Below are positions 1 to 12,757 of a DNA stretch of 64,000 bases, one piece after another. The position numbers and the translations under genes are program-made. The stretch's first letter is position 1. Each line of letters starts with the position of its first letter. Below the pieces are notes generated by a model. It saw nothing but the letters and a program-made list of their open reading frames with translations. It did not search any database and was not told the origin of the DNA. Source of the stretch: Squalus acanthias (lineage: Eukaryota); NCBI GenBank assembly GCA_030390025.1, contig CM059432.1:59708001-59772000 (forward strand). The letters run 5' to 3'.

Positions 1-736
1 CACCGGCAGATCGTGACGTCAGTTGAGTGCGCAATGCCCCGGTATCGCCCCGGAGCGGATATTGAGTGGCGCCCCCTGCCTTACCGCCTGACGCTAGCAA
101 CGACAGGTTGAGGGGAGCATTCTGCAGTCATGAAGGGAAAGGGGGAGCGCTATTTAAACGTGACCACTTCCTGCCTTTTATTGTTGGTGCCATTTTTGGC
201 CTACGCATTCTGAGAGAGAGAGAGGGAGAGACTTCTGGAGAGATTCAACGTTGTGTGAAGGAGTTTTGGGTACTGAGCAGCACTTTGCAGGTTCATTTTG
301 ATTTGCCATTCCTTGTATCGATTTAGAAGAGACTGTGGGGGCTGCACTCTGAGCTCTTTGCCTGGTACTCTCCATTGTTCTTTCCAGCAGATTTGATGTG
401 CAGGTCTCTCCAGGCCGAGATTCAAGGCTGCAATGAGCAGGATGTGGATGGAAAGCAAGATTAACCATCCCCTTTAAGAACTGGCCCGTGCCATTGTGTG
501 TGTGTTCCATTGCTGACTGACATTACATGAGCTTCGCCAGTGCTCTGAGGTAGCGCCTCGCTCCTCGGCCTTTGCGCCTTAAGACATGTGTGAAGCGCCT
601 GATTTAGCACTGCAATCACCTCCAGGGGCGATAAAAGTCAAGTTTGCAGTCGGTGGCGATAATTAGCGCCAGGCGCTAATCTTTGCGCCCGGCCGATAAT
701 TGCGCCCCAAATGGGGCGATACTGAATTTCTCCCCC
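1..736 (-). mobile_element. Non-autonomous PIF/Harbinger-type element (MITE), copy A; runs off the window start
   Basis: Ends in TIR ...CTGAATTTCTCCCCC followed by CAT, where the CR1 sequence resumes; reverse complement aligns with 12758-13651 and 13776-14651; many GGCGCTAA/TTAGCGCC subterminal motifs, CpG-rich. Confidence 0.85.
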
Positions 737-2935
737 CATATGCTTTGCTAACCACTCTCTCAATATGTCCTGCCACCTTCAGGGACCTATGCACATTAAC
801 TCCCAGGTCCATCTGTCCCTGCTCTTTAAAACTGTGCCATTAAGTGTATATTGCCTCTCCCTGTTCTTTCTGCCAAAAAGCATCACCTCACACTTCTCTG
901 TATTAAATTCCATCTGCCACTTGTCTGCCCATTCTGCTAGCCTTTCTATGTCCTGTTGCAGTCGATTGGTATCATCATCACTGTTTGACACCCCCCCAAG
1001 TTTGGTGTCATCGGTATTTTTAGAAATTCTACTCTGTATTCCAATATCCAGGTCATTTATATATATCAAAAAAAGCAGTGGCCCCAGCACTGACCCTTGG
1101 GGAACACCACTGTCTACCATCCTCCAGTCAGTCTGAAAAACAGCCATTTACCACAACACGCTGTTTTCTGTCCTTAAGCCAATTCCTTATCCAAGCTGCC
1201 ACTGACCCACCTATTCCATGAGCCTCAATTTTGTTAACCAGCCTTCTATGTGGTACTTTGTCAAACGCCTTCCGAAAATCCATGCAGACAACATCCATTG
1301 GATTCCCTTCATCAATCCTCTCTGTTACTTCATCAAAAAATTCAATTAGAGTAGTCAAACACGATCTGCCTTTTACAAATCTGTGTTGGCTCTCCTTAAT
1401 TAGCTTAAACCTCTCCAAGTGCCCGTTAATTTTTTCCTTGATTATTGTTTCTAAAACTTTACCCACCATTGATGTTAAACTGACCGGCCTGTAGTTACTA
1501 GGATTGTCCTTACACCCTTTCTTGAACAATGGTGTCACATTTGCCACTTTCCAATCCCAAGGCACCTCCCCCGCATCTAGGGAAGATTGGAAAATTATGG
1601 CAAGCCCTTCCGCTATCTCCTCCCCCAATTCCCTTAGCAATCTGGGATGCAAGCCATCTGGACCAGGCGACTTATCCACTCTAAGCATACCCAGCCTTTC
1701 TCGTACATCCTGTCTATCAATTTTCACCCCTTCTATTGCTTACACCTTTTCCACTGCTACCGATATTTTGTCAGCATCCACCTCCTCAGTAAACACCGAT
1801 ACAAATTACTCATTGAGTATTCTAGCCTTGCCCTGTGCCTCTAAGCATATAACACCTTCTTTGTCGCTAATAGGCCCCACCCCGCCTCTTACTACTCGCT
1901 TACTGTTTACATGCCGGTAGAAGATTTTTGGGTTCCCTTTTATGTTAACCGCCATTCTACTCTCATATTCTATCTTTGTCAATCTTATTTTCATCTTCAC
2001 TTCCCCTCTCAACTTATTGTATTTGGTCTGGTTCTCCCTTGAAGAATTCACCTGACATGCATCATACACCCTCTTTTTTTGTTTCATCATCTTCTCTATC
2101 TCCCTCGTCATCCATGGAGCCCTTGCTTTGGTTCCCTTACCCTTCCCTCTTGTTGGAATGTACCTAGCCTGTACTTGGAACATCTCCTCCTTAAAGATCA
2201 CCCATTGTTCCATTACAGTTTTTCCTGTCAGTCTTTGGTTCCATTTTAACCTGGCTAGATCCTTTCGCATCCCATTGAAGTTAGCCTTATTCCAGTTTGG
2301 AAGTTCCACTCTAGATTGTTCCTTGCTCCTCTCCATTGCTAATCTAAATCTTATGATATGATGATCACTCGTACCCAAGTGTTCTCCCACAGACACTTGG
2401 TCGACCTGGACCACCTCATTCCCCATGCAGCAATGCCTCCTTCCTAGTTGGGCCAAGAACATATTGGCCAAGGAAATTCTCCTGAACTCATTTCAGAAAT
2501 TCCTCCCCCTCCTTTCCCTTTACCCTAGCATTATCCCAATCAATATTTGGGTAATTAAAGTCCCCCAATATCACCACTCTATAGCTCTTGCGGATCTCTG
2601 CGATTTCCCTGCAGCTTTGCTCCTCTACATTCCTCTCACTATTTGGAGGCCTATAGAATACCCCCAATAGCGTGATCATACCCTTTTTGCTCCTCAACTC
2701 TAACCAAATGTATTCTGTCCTTGTCCCCTCAAGAACATCCTCCCTTTCCAACACTACAATGTCTTCCTTAATCAGCACCTCCCTTTTTTCCTTCCCTATC
2801 TTTTCTGAACACCTTGTACCCTTGAATATTAAGTGCCCAGTCCTCACCGTTTTTAAGCCACGTTTCTGTTATTGCCACAACATCATATTGCCACGCGAGG
2901 AATTGTGCTTGTAGCTCACCAACCTTATTCACCTT
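737..2935 (-). mobile_element. CR1 LINE ORF2 (APE endonuclease + reverse transcriptase), disrupted
   Basis: ORFs 2488-2847 (GVFYRPP, ILGDFNYPNIDW), 1806-2471, 1128-1727 (KSPGPDG, NYRPVSLTS, DFRKAFDKVPH) and 779-1147 (GVPQGSVLGPLLFLIYINDL, NTDDTKL); broken by stops and frameshifts. Confidence 0.95.
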
Positions 2936-2939
2936 ATTC

Positions 2940-4773
2940 AAAGATTAGTGAAAACAAATGTAGGTCCCTTACAGTCAGAAACAGGAGAATTTATAATGGG
3001 GAACAAGGAAATGGCAGAGCAATTAAACAAATACTTTGGTTCTGTCTTCACGGAAGAGGACACAAATAACTTCCCAGAAATGCTAGGGAACCAAGGGTCT
3101 AGTGAGGAGGAGGAATTCAAGGAAATTAGTATTAGTAAAAAAATAGTGCTGGAGAAATTAATGGGTCTGAAAGCCGATAAATCCCCAGGGCCTGATAATC
3201 TGTATCCCAGAGTACTAAAGGAGGTAGCCATGGAAATAATGGTTGAATTGGTTGTCATCTTCTAAAATTCTATAGATTATGGAACAGTTCCTGCAGATTG
3301 GAGGGTGGCAAATGTAACCCCACTATTTAAAAAAGGAGGGAGAGAGAAAACGGGGAACTACAGACCGGTTAGTCTAACATCAGTAGTAGGGAAAATGCTA
3401 GAGTCTATTATAAAGGATGTGATAACAGGACACTTAGAAAATATCAACGGGATTAGACAAAGTCAACATGGACTTATGAAAGGGAATTCGTGTTTGACAA
3501 ACCTACTGGAGTTTTTGGTGAATGTAACTGGTAGAATAGATAAGGGAGAACCAGTGGATGTGGTGTATTTGGATTTTCAGAAGGCCTTTGATAAAGTCCC
3601 ACATAAGAGGTTAGTGTGCAAAATTAAAGCACATGGGATTGGGGGTAATATACTGGCATGGATTGAGAATTGGTTAATAGACAGGAAACAGAGAGTAGGA
3701 ATAAATGGGTCTTTTTCGGGGTGGCAGGCGGTGACTAGTGGGTTACCGCAGGGATCAGTGCTTGGGCCCCAGCTATTCACAATATATATCAATGATTTGG
3801 ATGAGGGAACCAAATGTAATATTTCCAAGTTTGCTGATGACACGAAACTAGGTGGGATTGTGAGTTGTGAGGAGGATGCAAAGAGGCTTCAAGGCGATTT
3901 AGACAAGTTGAGTGAGTGGGCAAATACATGGCAGATGCAGTATAACGTGGATAAATGTGAAATTATCCACTTCGGTAGGAAAAACAGAAAGGCAGAGTAT
4001 TATTTAAATGGTGATAGATTGGGAAATGTTGATGTACAAAGGGACCTGGGTGTCCTTGTACACCAGTCCCTGAAAGCAAACATGCAGGTGCAGCAAGCAG
4101 TTAGGAAGGTAAATGGTATGTTGGCCTTCATTGCAAGAGGATTTGAGTACAGGAGCAAGGATGTCTTAATACAGTTATACAGGGCCTTGGTGAGACCTCA
4201 CCTGGAGTAATGTGTGCAGTTTTGGTCTCCTTACCTAAGAAAGGATATACTTGCCATAGAGGGAGTGCAGCGAAGGTTCACCAGACTGATTCCTGAGATG
4301 GCAGGACTATCGTATGAGGAGAGATTGGGTCGACTAGGACTGTATTCACTAGAATTTAGAAGACTGAGAGGGGACCTCATTGAAATGTACAAAATTCTGA
4401 CAGGGCTAGACAGACTGGATGCAGGGAGGATGTTTCCCCTGGCCGAGGTGTCTAGAACGAGGGGTCACAGTCTCAGGATATGGGGTAGGACATTTAAGAC
4501 TGAGATGAGGAAAAATGTCTTCACTCAGAGGGTGGTGAACCTGTGGAATTCTCTACCACAGAAGGCTTTGGAGGCCAAGTCACTGAATATATTTAAGAAG
4601 GAGATAGATAGATTTCTAGACACAAAAGGCATCAAGGGGTATGGGGAGAGAGTGGGAATATGGTATTGAGATAGAGGATCAGCCATGATCATATTGAATG
4701 GCAGAGCAGGCTCGAAGGGCCGAATGGCCTACTTCTGCTCCTATTTTTCTATGTTTCTATGTTCTATGTTTCT
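2940..4773 (+). mobile_element. 5'-truncated CR1 LINE (RT + 3' tail) inserted into the minus-strand CR1
   Basis: ORFs 2948-3265, 3305-4210 (PQGSVLGP, FADDTKL) and 4214-4669 are collinear, separated by in-frame stops; ends in GGCCGAATGGCCTAC... plus (TTTCTATG)n tail. Confidence 0.95.
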
Positions 4774-6235
4774 ACCACACTTTGTGCGTTTATGTACATG
4801 CATTCTAAACCCATTTTTGAATTTTTCGTAGTCTTTCTTAGTCTGCTCCTATCTAATATGGTACTACTTCCGCCTCTAGTACTACTTTCTTCTCTAGTAC
4901 TATCCAACACATTCACTCTTTTATGCACCTTATTCCTCTTTTCTACTCTATATGCTGGTGCCTATTCCCCTGCCAAGCTAGTTTAAACCCTCCCCAACAG
5001 CACTAGCAACCACCACCCCCCCCCCCGCCCCCCCCATGAGAATATTGGTCCCAGCTCAGTTGAGATGTAACCCGTCCGGCTTGTACAGGTCCCACCTTCC
5101 CCAAAAATGGTCCCAATGCCTCAGGAATCTAAAGCCCTCCCTCCTGCACCATCTCTCCAACCACGCATTCATCTGTTCTATCCTCCTATTCGTGTACTCA
5201 CTAGCACGTGGCACCAGGAGTAATCTGGAGATTACTACCTTTGAGGTCCTGCTTTTTAATCTCTCTCCTAGCACCCGAAACTCTGCCTGCAGGACCACAT
5301 CCCTCTTTCTGTCTATGTCATTGGTACCGATATGGACAATGACCTCTGGCTGTTCACCCTCCCCCCTCAGAGTGTCCTGCAGCCGCTCAGTGACATCCTT
5401 GACCCTGTCACCAGGCTGGCAACATAACATCCTGGTGTCACGTCTGCGGCCGCAGAAACGCCTTTCTGCACCCCTAACTATCGAATCCCCTACCACTATT
5501 GCTCTTCCACTCTTTTTCCTCCCCCCCTGTGCAGCTGAGCCACCTGTGGTGCCATGGACGTGACTCTGGCTGCACTCCCCAGAGGAACCATCGCCCTCAC
5601 CAGTACTCAGAACCGAATACTGGTTGGAGAGCGCGATGCACTCCGGGGACTCCTGCACTACCTGCCTGGTCCTCCTCTTCTGTCTGGCGGTCACCCATTC
5701 TCTCTCTGCCTGCATACTCTTAAGCTGCAAGCCTCGTGGATGCACTGCAGTGACTCCAGCCGCCGCTCAAGCTCCGAAACCCGGAGCTCGAGTTGCTGTA
5801 GCCGGTGACACTTCCTGAACATGTGGTTGTCCAGGCTACGCGAAGCATCCAGGACTTCCCACATGGTACAGGATGTGCACTCCACGGGACTGAGCTGCCT
5901 TGCCATGCCTCTTGTTAACCAACCCAGCAGAAATAAACTTAAAACTTAACAAAAAACACTCCCCAGCTACTCACCAATCAGCTCTTTCCCTCTATTTTAT
6001 AGCTTATAACTAACTTAGCAGAAGTAAACTTATAAACTTAAAAAAAATTAAAAAATATTTAAATAATTTTAAAAATAAAAAAAATACACTCACCAGCTAC
6101 TCACCAATCAGCTCCTTCCCTTGTGCCAACGTCACTTTTTTTACTCTGACGTCACTTTTCCAAAAACTGCCTCTGTTGAGTTGCTGCCGCTCTTTTTAAC
6201 TGCTCCGCTCTCGCTGTGCTCCCACCAGGTCTGCT
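4774..6235 (-). mobile_element. CR1 LINE 5' part: 5' UTR + ORF1 (Cys-rich N-terminus, leucine zipper, SGNH esterase); continuation of 737-2935
   Basis: ORF 5691-5906 (CTSC...RKC, LELRVSELERRL) frameshifts into ORF 5056-5745 with SGNH blocks GDS, GTND, DGLH; 5' UTR has a duplicated CCAGCTACTCACCAATCAGCTC and a TGACGTCA. Confidence 0.88.
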
Positions 6236-7179
6236 CCTTCCAGAGCCTGAGACGAAGAAGTTGAGGGTGCTGGTGACTTTGACAGCCACTGGCCAGGCGT
6301 ATCCATCAGCTCCTCTGGGCTGCAGATCTTGCTCCAGCAATCTGCAAATGTCTGCGACGACCTAGTGCGATAGCCTGAGCCTCCTTTGGCACTGTTGTTC
6401 AGCCATGTTAAGGAAGCTCATCCTCTGCCTGTATACCCTGTGTTGGGGATATTGCCTCTGGCGCGGTGTAGCCCTGCGCTGATGCCCTCTGTCTTGTGCA
6501 GGATCAGGTGGTTGAGGAGAAGGTTGCTGGTGTTGTTGTTGGTGCTGCTGATGTGCCTACTGCTGCTGGTGTTGGGGCTCATCGGGGTCCGATTCTGAGG
6601 ACCAAGGTGAGACAGTATAACGACACCCATGCTGATGTAATAGATGGCAGGTCGAGTAGAGATGAAAGAAGCAATCTGTCAATGGTGTGATACGTTCTAC
6701 CAATGAGGTGACAGTGGATCCCGACTTTGCTGAATACACTTGCAACCTCTAGAAAGCTAGATCTGTGCTGACAATGCACTCAGCAACAGCATCTGCCTTC
6801 GGAAAGTACCCAGGTGTCAGGTGGGAGTATTTATTGTGCTTTCCATGCTATGCACTAATGAGTTCCATCAATGGCCACTGAACTTCTGCCTCAGGTTCAC
6901 AGACGTGGTTCCCGAGCTACGTGACTCCCGTGGTCATCCGGTGAAATTGGAAAGGTAGGGTTAAAAAGACGCTTCAGGGTCTGACAAGTACCTCATAATG
7001 ATGTAAATTAGCTCAGCTGCCTCTGCCATTCAAGTCGCAGCCGTACTGGCAAACGCGCCCGAGTGAAAGGCGTGTGGAGGCGGGATGACGGTGAGTTCCC
7101 GACCCACTCCAAGTTATTTCAACTTTCACACCTGACCTGCCCCCAATCCCGCCTGCATGGAAGCCAGAAAATTCTGGCC
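6236..7179 (-). mobile_element. Harbinger transposon end with transposase 5' region, truncated by the CR1
   Basis: Translates [17 protein letters not shown] (same motif as other HARBI1-like copies here); terminus GAAAATTCTGGCC followed by TAA; reverse complement matches 59968-60260. Confidence 0.8.
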
Positions 7180-7181
7180 TA

Positions 7182-7890
7182 AGTGTCTAAATGGGGTAGA
7201 GGAGCAGAGGGATCTGGGGGTACGGATCCACAAATCACTAAAAGTAACAATGCAGGTTAATAATGCCATAAAAATGCAAACAAAGCACTGGGGTTCATTT
7301 CTTGAGGGATAGAATTGATAAGCAGGGAAGTCATGTTAAATTTGTATATAACTTAGGTTAGACCACACTTGGAGTATTGTGAACAGTTCTGGTTATATTG
7401 TAAAAAGGATATAGAGGCACTGGAGAAAGTGCAAAAAAGATTTACTAGGATGATACTAGAACTGTGAAGTTATACCTTTCAGGAAAGTTTGAACAGGCTG
7501 GGGCTCTTTTCTCAAGAAAGGAAAAGACTGAGGGGTGACCTGATAGATGTCTTTAAGATTATAAAAGGATTTGATACGGTAAACATAGAGATGATTCCAC
7601 CTGCTGGGGAGACCAAAACTAGGGGCCATAAGTATAAGATAGTCACTAATAGATCCAATAGGGAATTCAGGAAAAACTTCTTTACCCAGAGAGTGGTTAG
7701 AATGTGGAACTCGCTACAACAAGGAGTAGTTGAGGTGATGAGTGCAGATGCATTTAAGGGAAGCTAGATAAACACATGAGGGAGAAAGGAATAGAAGGAT
7801 ATATTGATTGGGTTAGATGAAGAATGGTGGGAAGAGGCTCGTGGGGAGCATGGACCTGTTGGGCCGAATGGCCTGTTTCTTTACTGTAAA
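7182..7890 (+). mobile_element. CR1 LINE 3' fragment
   Basis: ORF 7489-7767 RLRGDLIDVFKI...FFTQRVVRMWNSL; GGGCCGAATGGCCTG tail. Confidence 0.88.
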
Positions 7891-8126
7891 TACTAAAGAT
7901 AGCAAAAAAGAAATCCATGCTGAGTTTTTTGTTCCAATTTGACTGAGGTCAACTAACTAAACACAGGTCAGAGGTTGAACTTGCTACCTTTACAGGCTGT
8001 ATGGCCTGGCTACTAATTCGATAGTTTCACTGCACCAGGGGAGCTGCCAGAAGCAAATCTTTCGAAAACTCCATTTCACATTTACCCCCAATGCCTGATC
8101 AGAAGACAGGTAAGAATATTACTCAG

Positions 8127-8434
8127 AAAGACTTGCATTTATACAGCACAATACCACCTTACTCAGAAACGTCGGAAAGCACTTAATATACAATCAATTA
8201 CTTTGAAGTGCAGCTACTGTCATGTTGTCATGTCGACAAATGCAGCAGCCTTTTGGCACACATTGACATACACAAACAGCAATGGCCAGTTAACCTGTTG
8301 TCAGTAGTATTAGTAGAATAGGGTGGCCATATTTTCTAAACCGAATCTGGGGACACACAGGGTGGGAAAACAGCAAAGTAACGAGGACGGAAAATGTAGG
8401 TCGCGTAGAGTAGCGAGGCAATTTTTTTTAGCAA

Positions 8435-8470
<36 letters not shown>

Positions 8471-8524
8471 ACAAAACAAATGTGCATATAATTACTGCGG
8501 ATGTGATGTCACACTTTTGAAGCG

Positions 8525-8556
<32 letters not shown>

Positions 8557-9090
8557 CACTGCTTGGTTTTGCAGGGCCTTCGATCTCCCTAAAGTAAAAG
8601 TTTGGTTGTCGAGCGAGGCTGGTCGGGAGCACAGCCCAACTCTCTGGCGGCGCATATCTGCCCCTTGGCGTTCGATTGATGTGGACGTTAACCAATAGAC
8701 CAGCCTCTTACACCGCTGAGCCCGCCTCAGAACTGGTCTCACATCCAATCGGTGCTCACGATGGGCGCGATTGACAGGGGGCGCCCAGGAAAGAAACGTG
8801 TAATCGGGGACTCTTCCAAGGACATTGCTTGCCTGGGGACACAGTGCCTCATCCAGGGACTGTCCCCGGAAAACGGGGACGTATGGTCACCCTATAGTAG
8901 AGGCACAGCAGGAGAACTCCCTACTCTTCTTTAAATAGCACCCTGAGATCGTTAGTGTCCACCTGAATAACCAGTTTAACATCTTATCCAAAGGACAGCA
9001 CCCAGATATTACAGCACTCCCTCAACCCATATTATGCCCTCAAATCCTGGAGTGCGGTTTGAATGCATAATCTTCATACCAAAGGATAAA
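8127..9090 (-). mobile_element. Deu-SINE-like SINE (degraded), interrupted by hAT MITE 8319-8894
   Basis: Begins AAAGACTTGCATTTATA, the reverse complement of the 3' end of the SINE at 34205-34585; similarity resumes after 8902; family name from recall, not a search. Confidence 0.6.
8319..8894. mobile_element. Non-autonomous hAT element (Blackjack-type termini), 576 bp
   Basis: TIRs TAGGGTGGCCATA / TATGGTCACCCTA; 8-bp TSD TAGTAGAA (8311-8318) vs TAGTAGAG (8895-8902); repeated GGGGAC subterminal motifs. Confidence 0.85.
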
Positions 9091-9210
9091 ATATCAACTT
9101 AAGCAAGGTTGTACCATGCCTCTAGTTTTGGGAAGACAGCTAAGGTAAAAATTTTAATCTTGAACACTGCAGGTTTCAAAACTGAAGGTTAAGTGTACGC
9201 ACAGACATAT

Positions 9211-9863
9211 TGGGGTCAATTTTAACTCCTAGTCAGGAACGTGGCCTATCAAGCCGATGGCTCATCTGGACATTGCAGCGGGGAGGCCTAGCCAATTTTA
9301 ATGACCGGGCCTCTTTTACATTCTGTGGGATGGCCTCCCGCCTGAAACCGGCAGGAATGACGAGGAAGTCGGCGGGCAGGAGCAGGTTTTCGTGTGGGAG
9401 GAGGCTACCGCTGAAAACCCAAGGGAATGGTCCCAGGAATAAAGTAAGTGGTCGGGTGGTGGACCAGGAGGCAATTGCAGTCAGGGAATGGAAGCCCGGG
9501 GCAGGGGAAGCCCATGGCCTACAAGGAAACTAAATGAATTTTAAAATACCTACCTCTCTTCTGGCAAGTTCAGCCTGGTGGGAAAGCTACGAGAGTTTCT
9601 CTGCGCAGCCCTGGGGTTAATATTTCAGTCAGGTCCAAAGACGTCATTGGGACCTGATCTGCATATTTAAACTAGGACCTTGCCTCCGCCCCCCCGCCCC
9701 CCACTCCCGCCCAGTAACTTCGGGTGAGCGTCCTTGGTGCCTGCAATTTAAAATTACACTTGTCAGGATTGTGGAGGGAGGCCAGTGGGTATGTCTCTTG
9801 CGACATTTTAATTGCCACCCCCCGGCCAAGTTTCCGCCAGTTGGGGAGGATTTAAATTTCCCA
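9211..9863. mobile_element. Probable Harbinger-type MITE (degraded)
   Basis: Termini TGGGGTCAATTTTAACTCC / GGAGGATTTAAATTTCCCA are imperfect inverted repeats; internal similarity to 11066-11640 and 30981-31450. Confidence 0.55.
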
Positions 9864-10605
9864 TGTGTAACTGAATTAACTTCACAACAAAAGTTCCAAT
9901 TAGCAAGTACCAATATAAGAAATTTGATTTTAATTAAATTGTGAAAACATCACTTTTAGAGCATTTATATAGGAAATTATAACATGCATGCAGTACATTC
10001 AAGGAACAGCACAAAACTGCTCTTATTGATAACAAATTAGCATTCTCATTCAAAAGGTGGTCTATAATATACTAAGGTTTACACTTGTGCAAGTAGAGGA
10101 TTCTCTTTTTATATAGGAGACCTGCAGCTATATCTGAAACTAGGAGTGCTTGATGCTGATATAGGATGCAATGTATTTGATTATCCAGCACTCATATCGT
10201 TCACCTACATAGCTGTTAAGGAAAAACAAAAATACTAATTTTGATTTTTTTGTGTTGCAGAGCTGGTTTTGAAGCAGAATATCAGATTACAAAGTTAAAA
10301 AGCAAATAAATAAGGGACTTCTTTGTGGAACATTCTGTGGAGAATGTAACATGCACCTGACTGTGGATTTCTAAGTGCAAACAATTAGACAGGGCAAATT
10401 AAGGTAGTTTGCTGACTGCAAAAAATATCAAGCGTTGTGTGCAGTCTTAACAAGAGATAATCTGAAAATTTATGTTGTAACATCAACTAAAAAAATTGAA
10501 ATTTAATGCAGTCGTGTTCAAGGAAAAGATATAGCTTGAAGCGTGTCTTTTATAGATATTGTCAACTTCACCTGGCCATTAGTCAGAATACAATGTCATT
10601 TGTAG

Positions 10606-10698
10606 TCACATATCTTTGAGGGTTCTTCCAGTGCAACAGGTTTGAACTGATGATTCCTTAATAACAAATGCATCAGCATTTGGCAAAAGATTGGGATT
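10606..10698 (-). CDS. RAB10-like GTPase, probable last coding exon 6 (NPNLLPNADAFVIKESSVQTCCTGRTLKDM*)
   Basis: Strong acceptor CTTTTATTTTTTTCTAG; phase 0 matches the exon 5 donor; contains Cys-Cys; TGA at 10608-10606; followed by ~700 bp of non-repetitive AT-rich sequence with ATTAAA at 9934-9929. Confidence 0.62.
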   Translation of the reverse strand, partial: NPNLLPNADAFVIKESSVQTCCTGRTLKDM

Positions 10699-12757
10699 CT
10701 AGAAAAAAATAAAAGGTAAGATTATCATAATAGAAAGGCAATTCAAACAAAAATCATGTGGTGGGACGGGGGTATTTTTCTCCGCGATCCCATCAAAAAT
10801 CACAGTGGAAATGGCAATAAAATGGGCTGGTGAAGCCAACTGTCATCACACCAACCAACCAGAATTTCCCTCCCCCTGCGCTGCTGGAACTGCCATTGCT
10901 AGCTCCTTCTCTGCCCGCCTCATGCAAATGGTAGCAGGTGGATGGGTGTTGCCTGCATCTTGGCAGATTCTTCTTCTGTCTGTCAGTATTACTGCCACTT
11001 CCCAGGGCTACCATGGGACGGTGACAATAGGGTCCGGGAGAACAAAGCTCAAGATGGAAGACACAGGCCCCGATTTGAATTACTCCCGCCTGGGAGAAAC
11101 CGGGCAGGGGAGCAATTAAAATGAGGCCAGTCACTTACACCCTCTGATGTCCTGCTTGCCTGCTCAAAAGAGCAGGTTAAGATCGGAACATGGCGTGAAG
11201 GCAGTAGGGTCATTCCTTAAATATGCAGATCGGGTCCAATAATGTCATCGGGACTCGATTTGCAATTTAAGTCAGACGCCTGAGTGGGAGAGCGGTGACA
11301 GCTTCCCCGTCAGGCCATACTTGCCGGGACCTGGATTGTGGGCCAGAAGAGGAACAGCAATGTAAGTGTAAAAAAAATTATTTCAGATTTCCTTGTGGAC
11401 CAGGAGGAGCAGAAGTGGTCCTCTGGGCCTCACAGGGAGGTCTTTGGACCTCCCTTGCCCCGGGCAGTCCCTGATCACGGCAAGAGTCCCTCCTCCCATC
11501 CGTTGATCGTGGCCAGAGGCCCCCCCCTCCACATCGCCTCCAGAGTCCACCCCCTCAACTGACTGCCAAGGACCATTCCCACTGGTGCCCAGCTGCGGCC
11601 TTCTGCCAGCGAATTCCCACTCTCGCACGCCGGCCAGGTAGTGGAAATACCACTGGAGGAAGCCACCACTATGGAATACCCTCAGTCGGTAGGAAGAAGT
11701 AGCTCTCCAAATTCTGGATATATACAGAGTGCGAGGTTGGAGTTAAGCTGGCAGCAGAAGTTTGGTGAAGGCAGAGCAAAGCTCATCAGAAATCTTCGCA
11801 GCTTAATGTGCTTTCTCAAAGTATTGCTATGCCCATAAACTCAGCAACTGATTCTTCAAGGGGCAATGCCATGGTTTGTACAGCTAATCAAGCTTCTTTG
11901 TCTTTCACTTCAAAGGGGGAGCTGTTCAGCAAGAGGTTAGTTACTCTGATGACCCACCAGGCACTTCCAAAGAAATAGCTGCTGCAACTCCCAAATCAGT
12001 CATTACTGTCACTTCCTCATAATCTCTGTCATGACATCTAACCTGCACAAACACCAGCACAAAAGACACTCACACATTAGGAAAAACTTAGTGACTCATA
12101 AGGGTTGTCACCTAGCACTGGGCAATAGTGAGACTGAGAGCCTGGGAATAGAAGGGAGGGGCCATTCCTCCACAGAGGGGGCAGTTGACTACCCTCATCT
12201 TGACCATGCCCAGTCTTCAAAAGAGCAATGATTAAGCAGCATAGATCTCATGCGGAGACAGTGAAGACAGTTTCCACACATATAAGTGCGAGATGTCCAC
12301 TACCTGCATCTGCAACACATTACAGGATGTATCTCTTGACCTGCAGAATACCCTGGAGTCAGTGACAGCGCAGAAGATACCTGCAGTATCAAGATGTTGG
12401 GAAAAGCTTCTAAGATCATTATTGGCTTCTAGAATGGCAGCCACCACTGCTTCCCTAGATGATTTCAGCACGACAATGTCACAGGGCTTGCAAGAGCTGA
12501 TTGGGACTATTCAGTCTGTGATGAGATGACACAAACCAGTAGAACTGCTCTGCCTGTGTCCTGCACCAGTGTGCTGGAAGAACTGGACACACATGTCACT
12601 GTCTCTCTGGAGAGTGGCAGTGAGCCTGCTCCTTTAAGGCCTCCTCCGATGTCCAGAAAAGGGCCCGGCATCCCTTGTTATTGCAAGAGAAAGGCTGCCA
12701 GAAACAGATCCCTCTAGCAGCAACTACCCTGAGGCTAGATTCACCTTCAGACTCTAA

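Noticed and set aside
765..2914. Plus-strand ORFs overlapping LINE sequence (and similar ones elsewhere)
   Set aside because: Antisense shadows of LINE coding sequence
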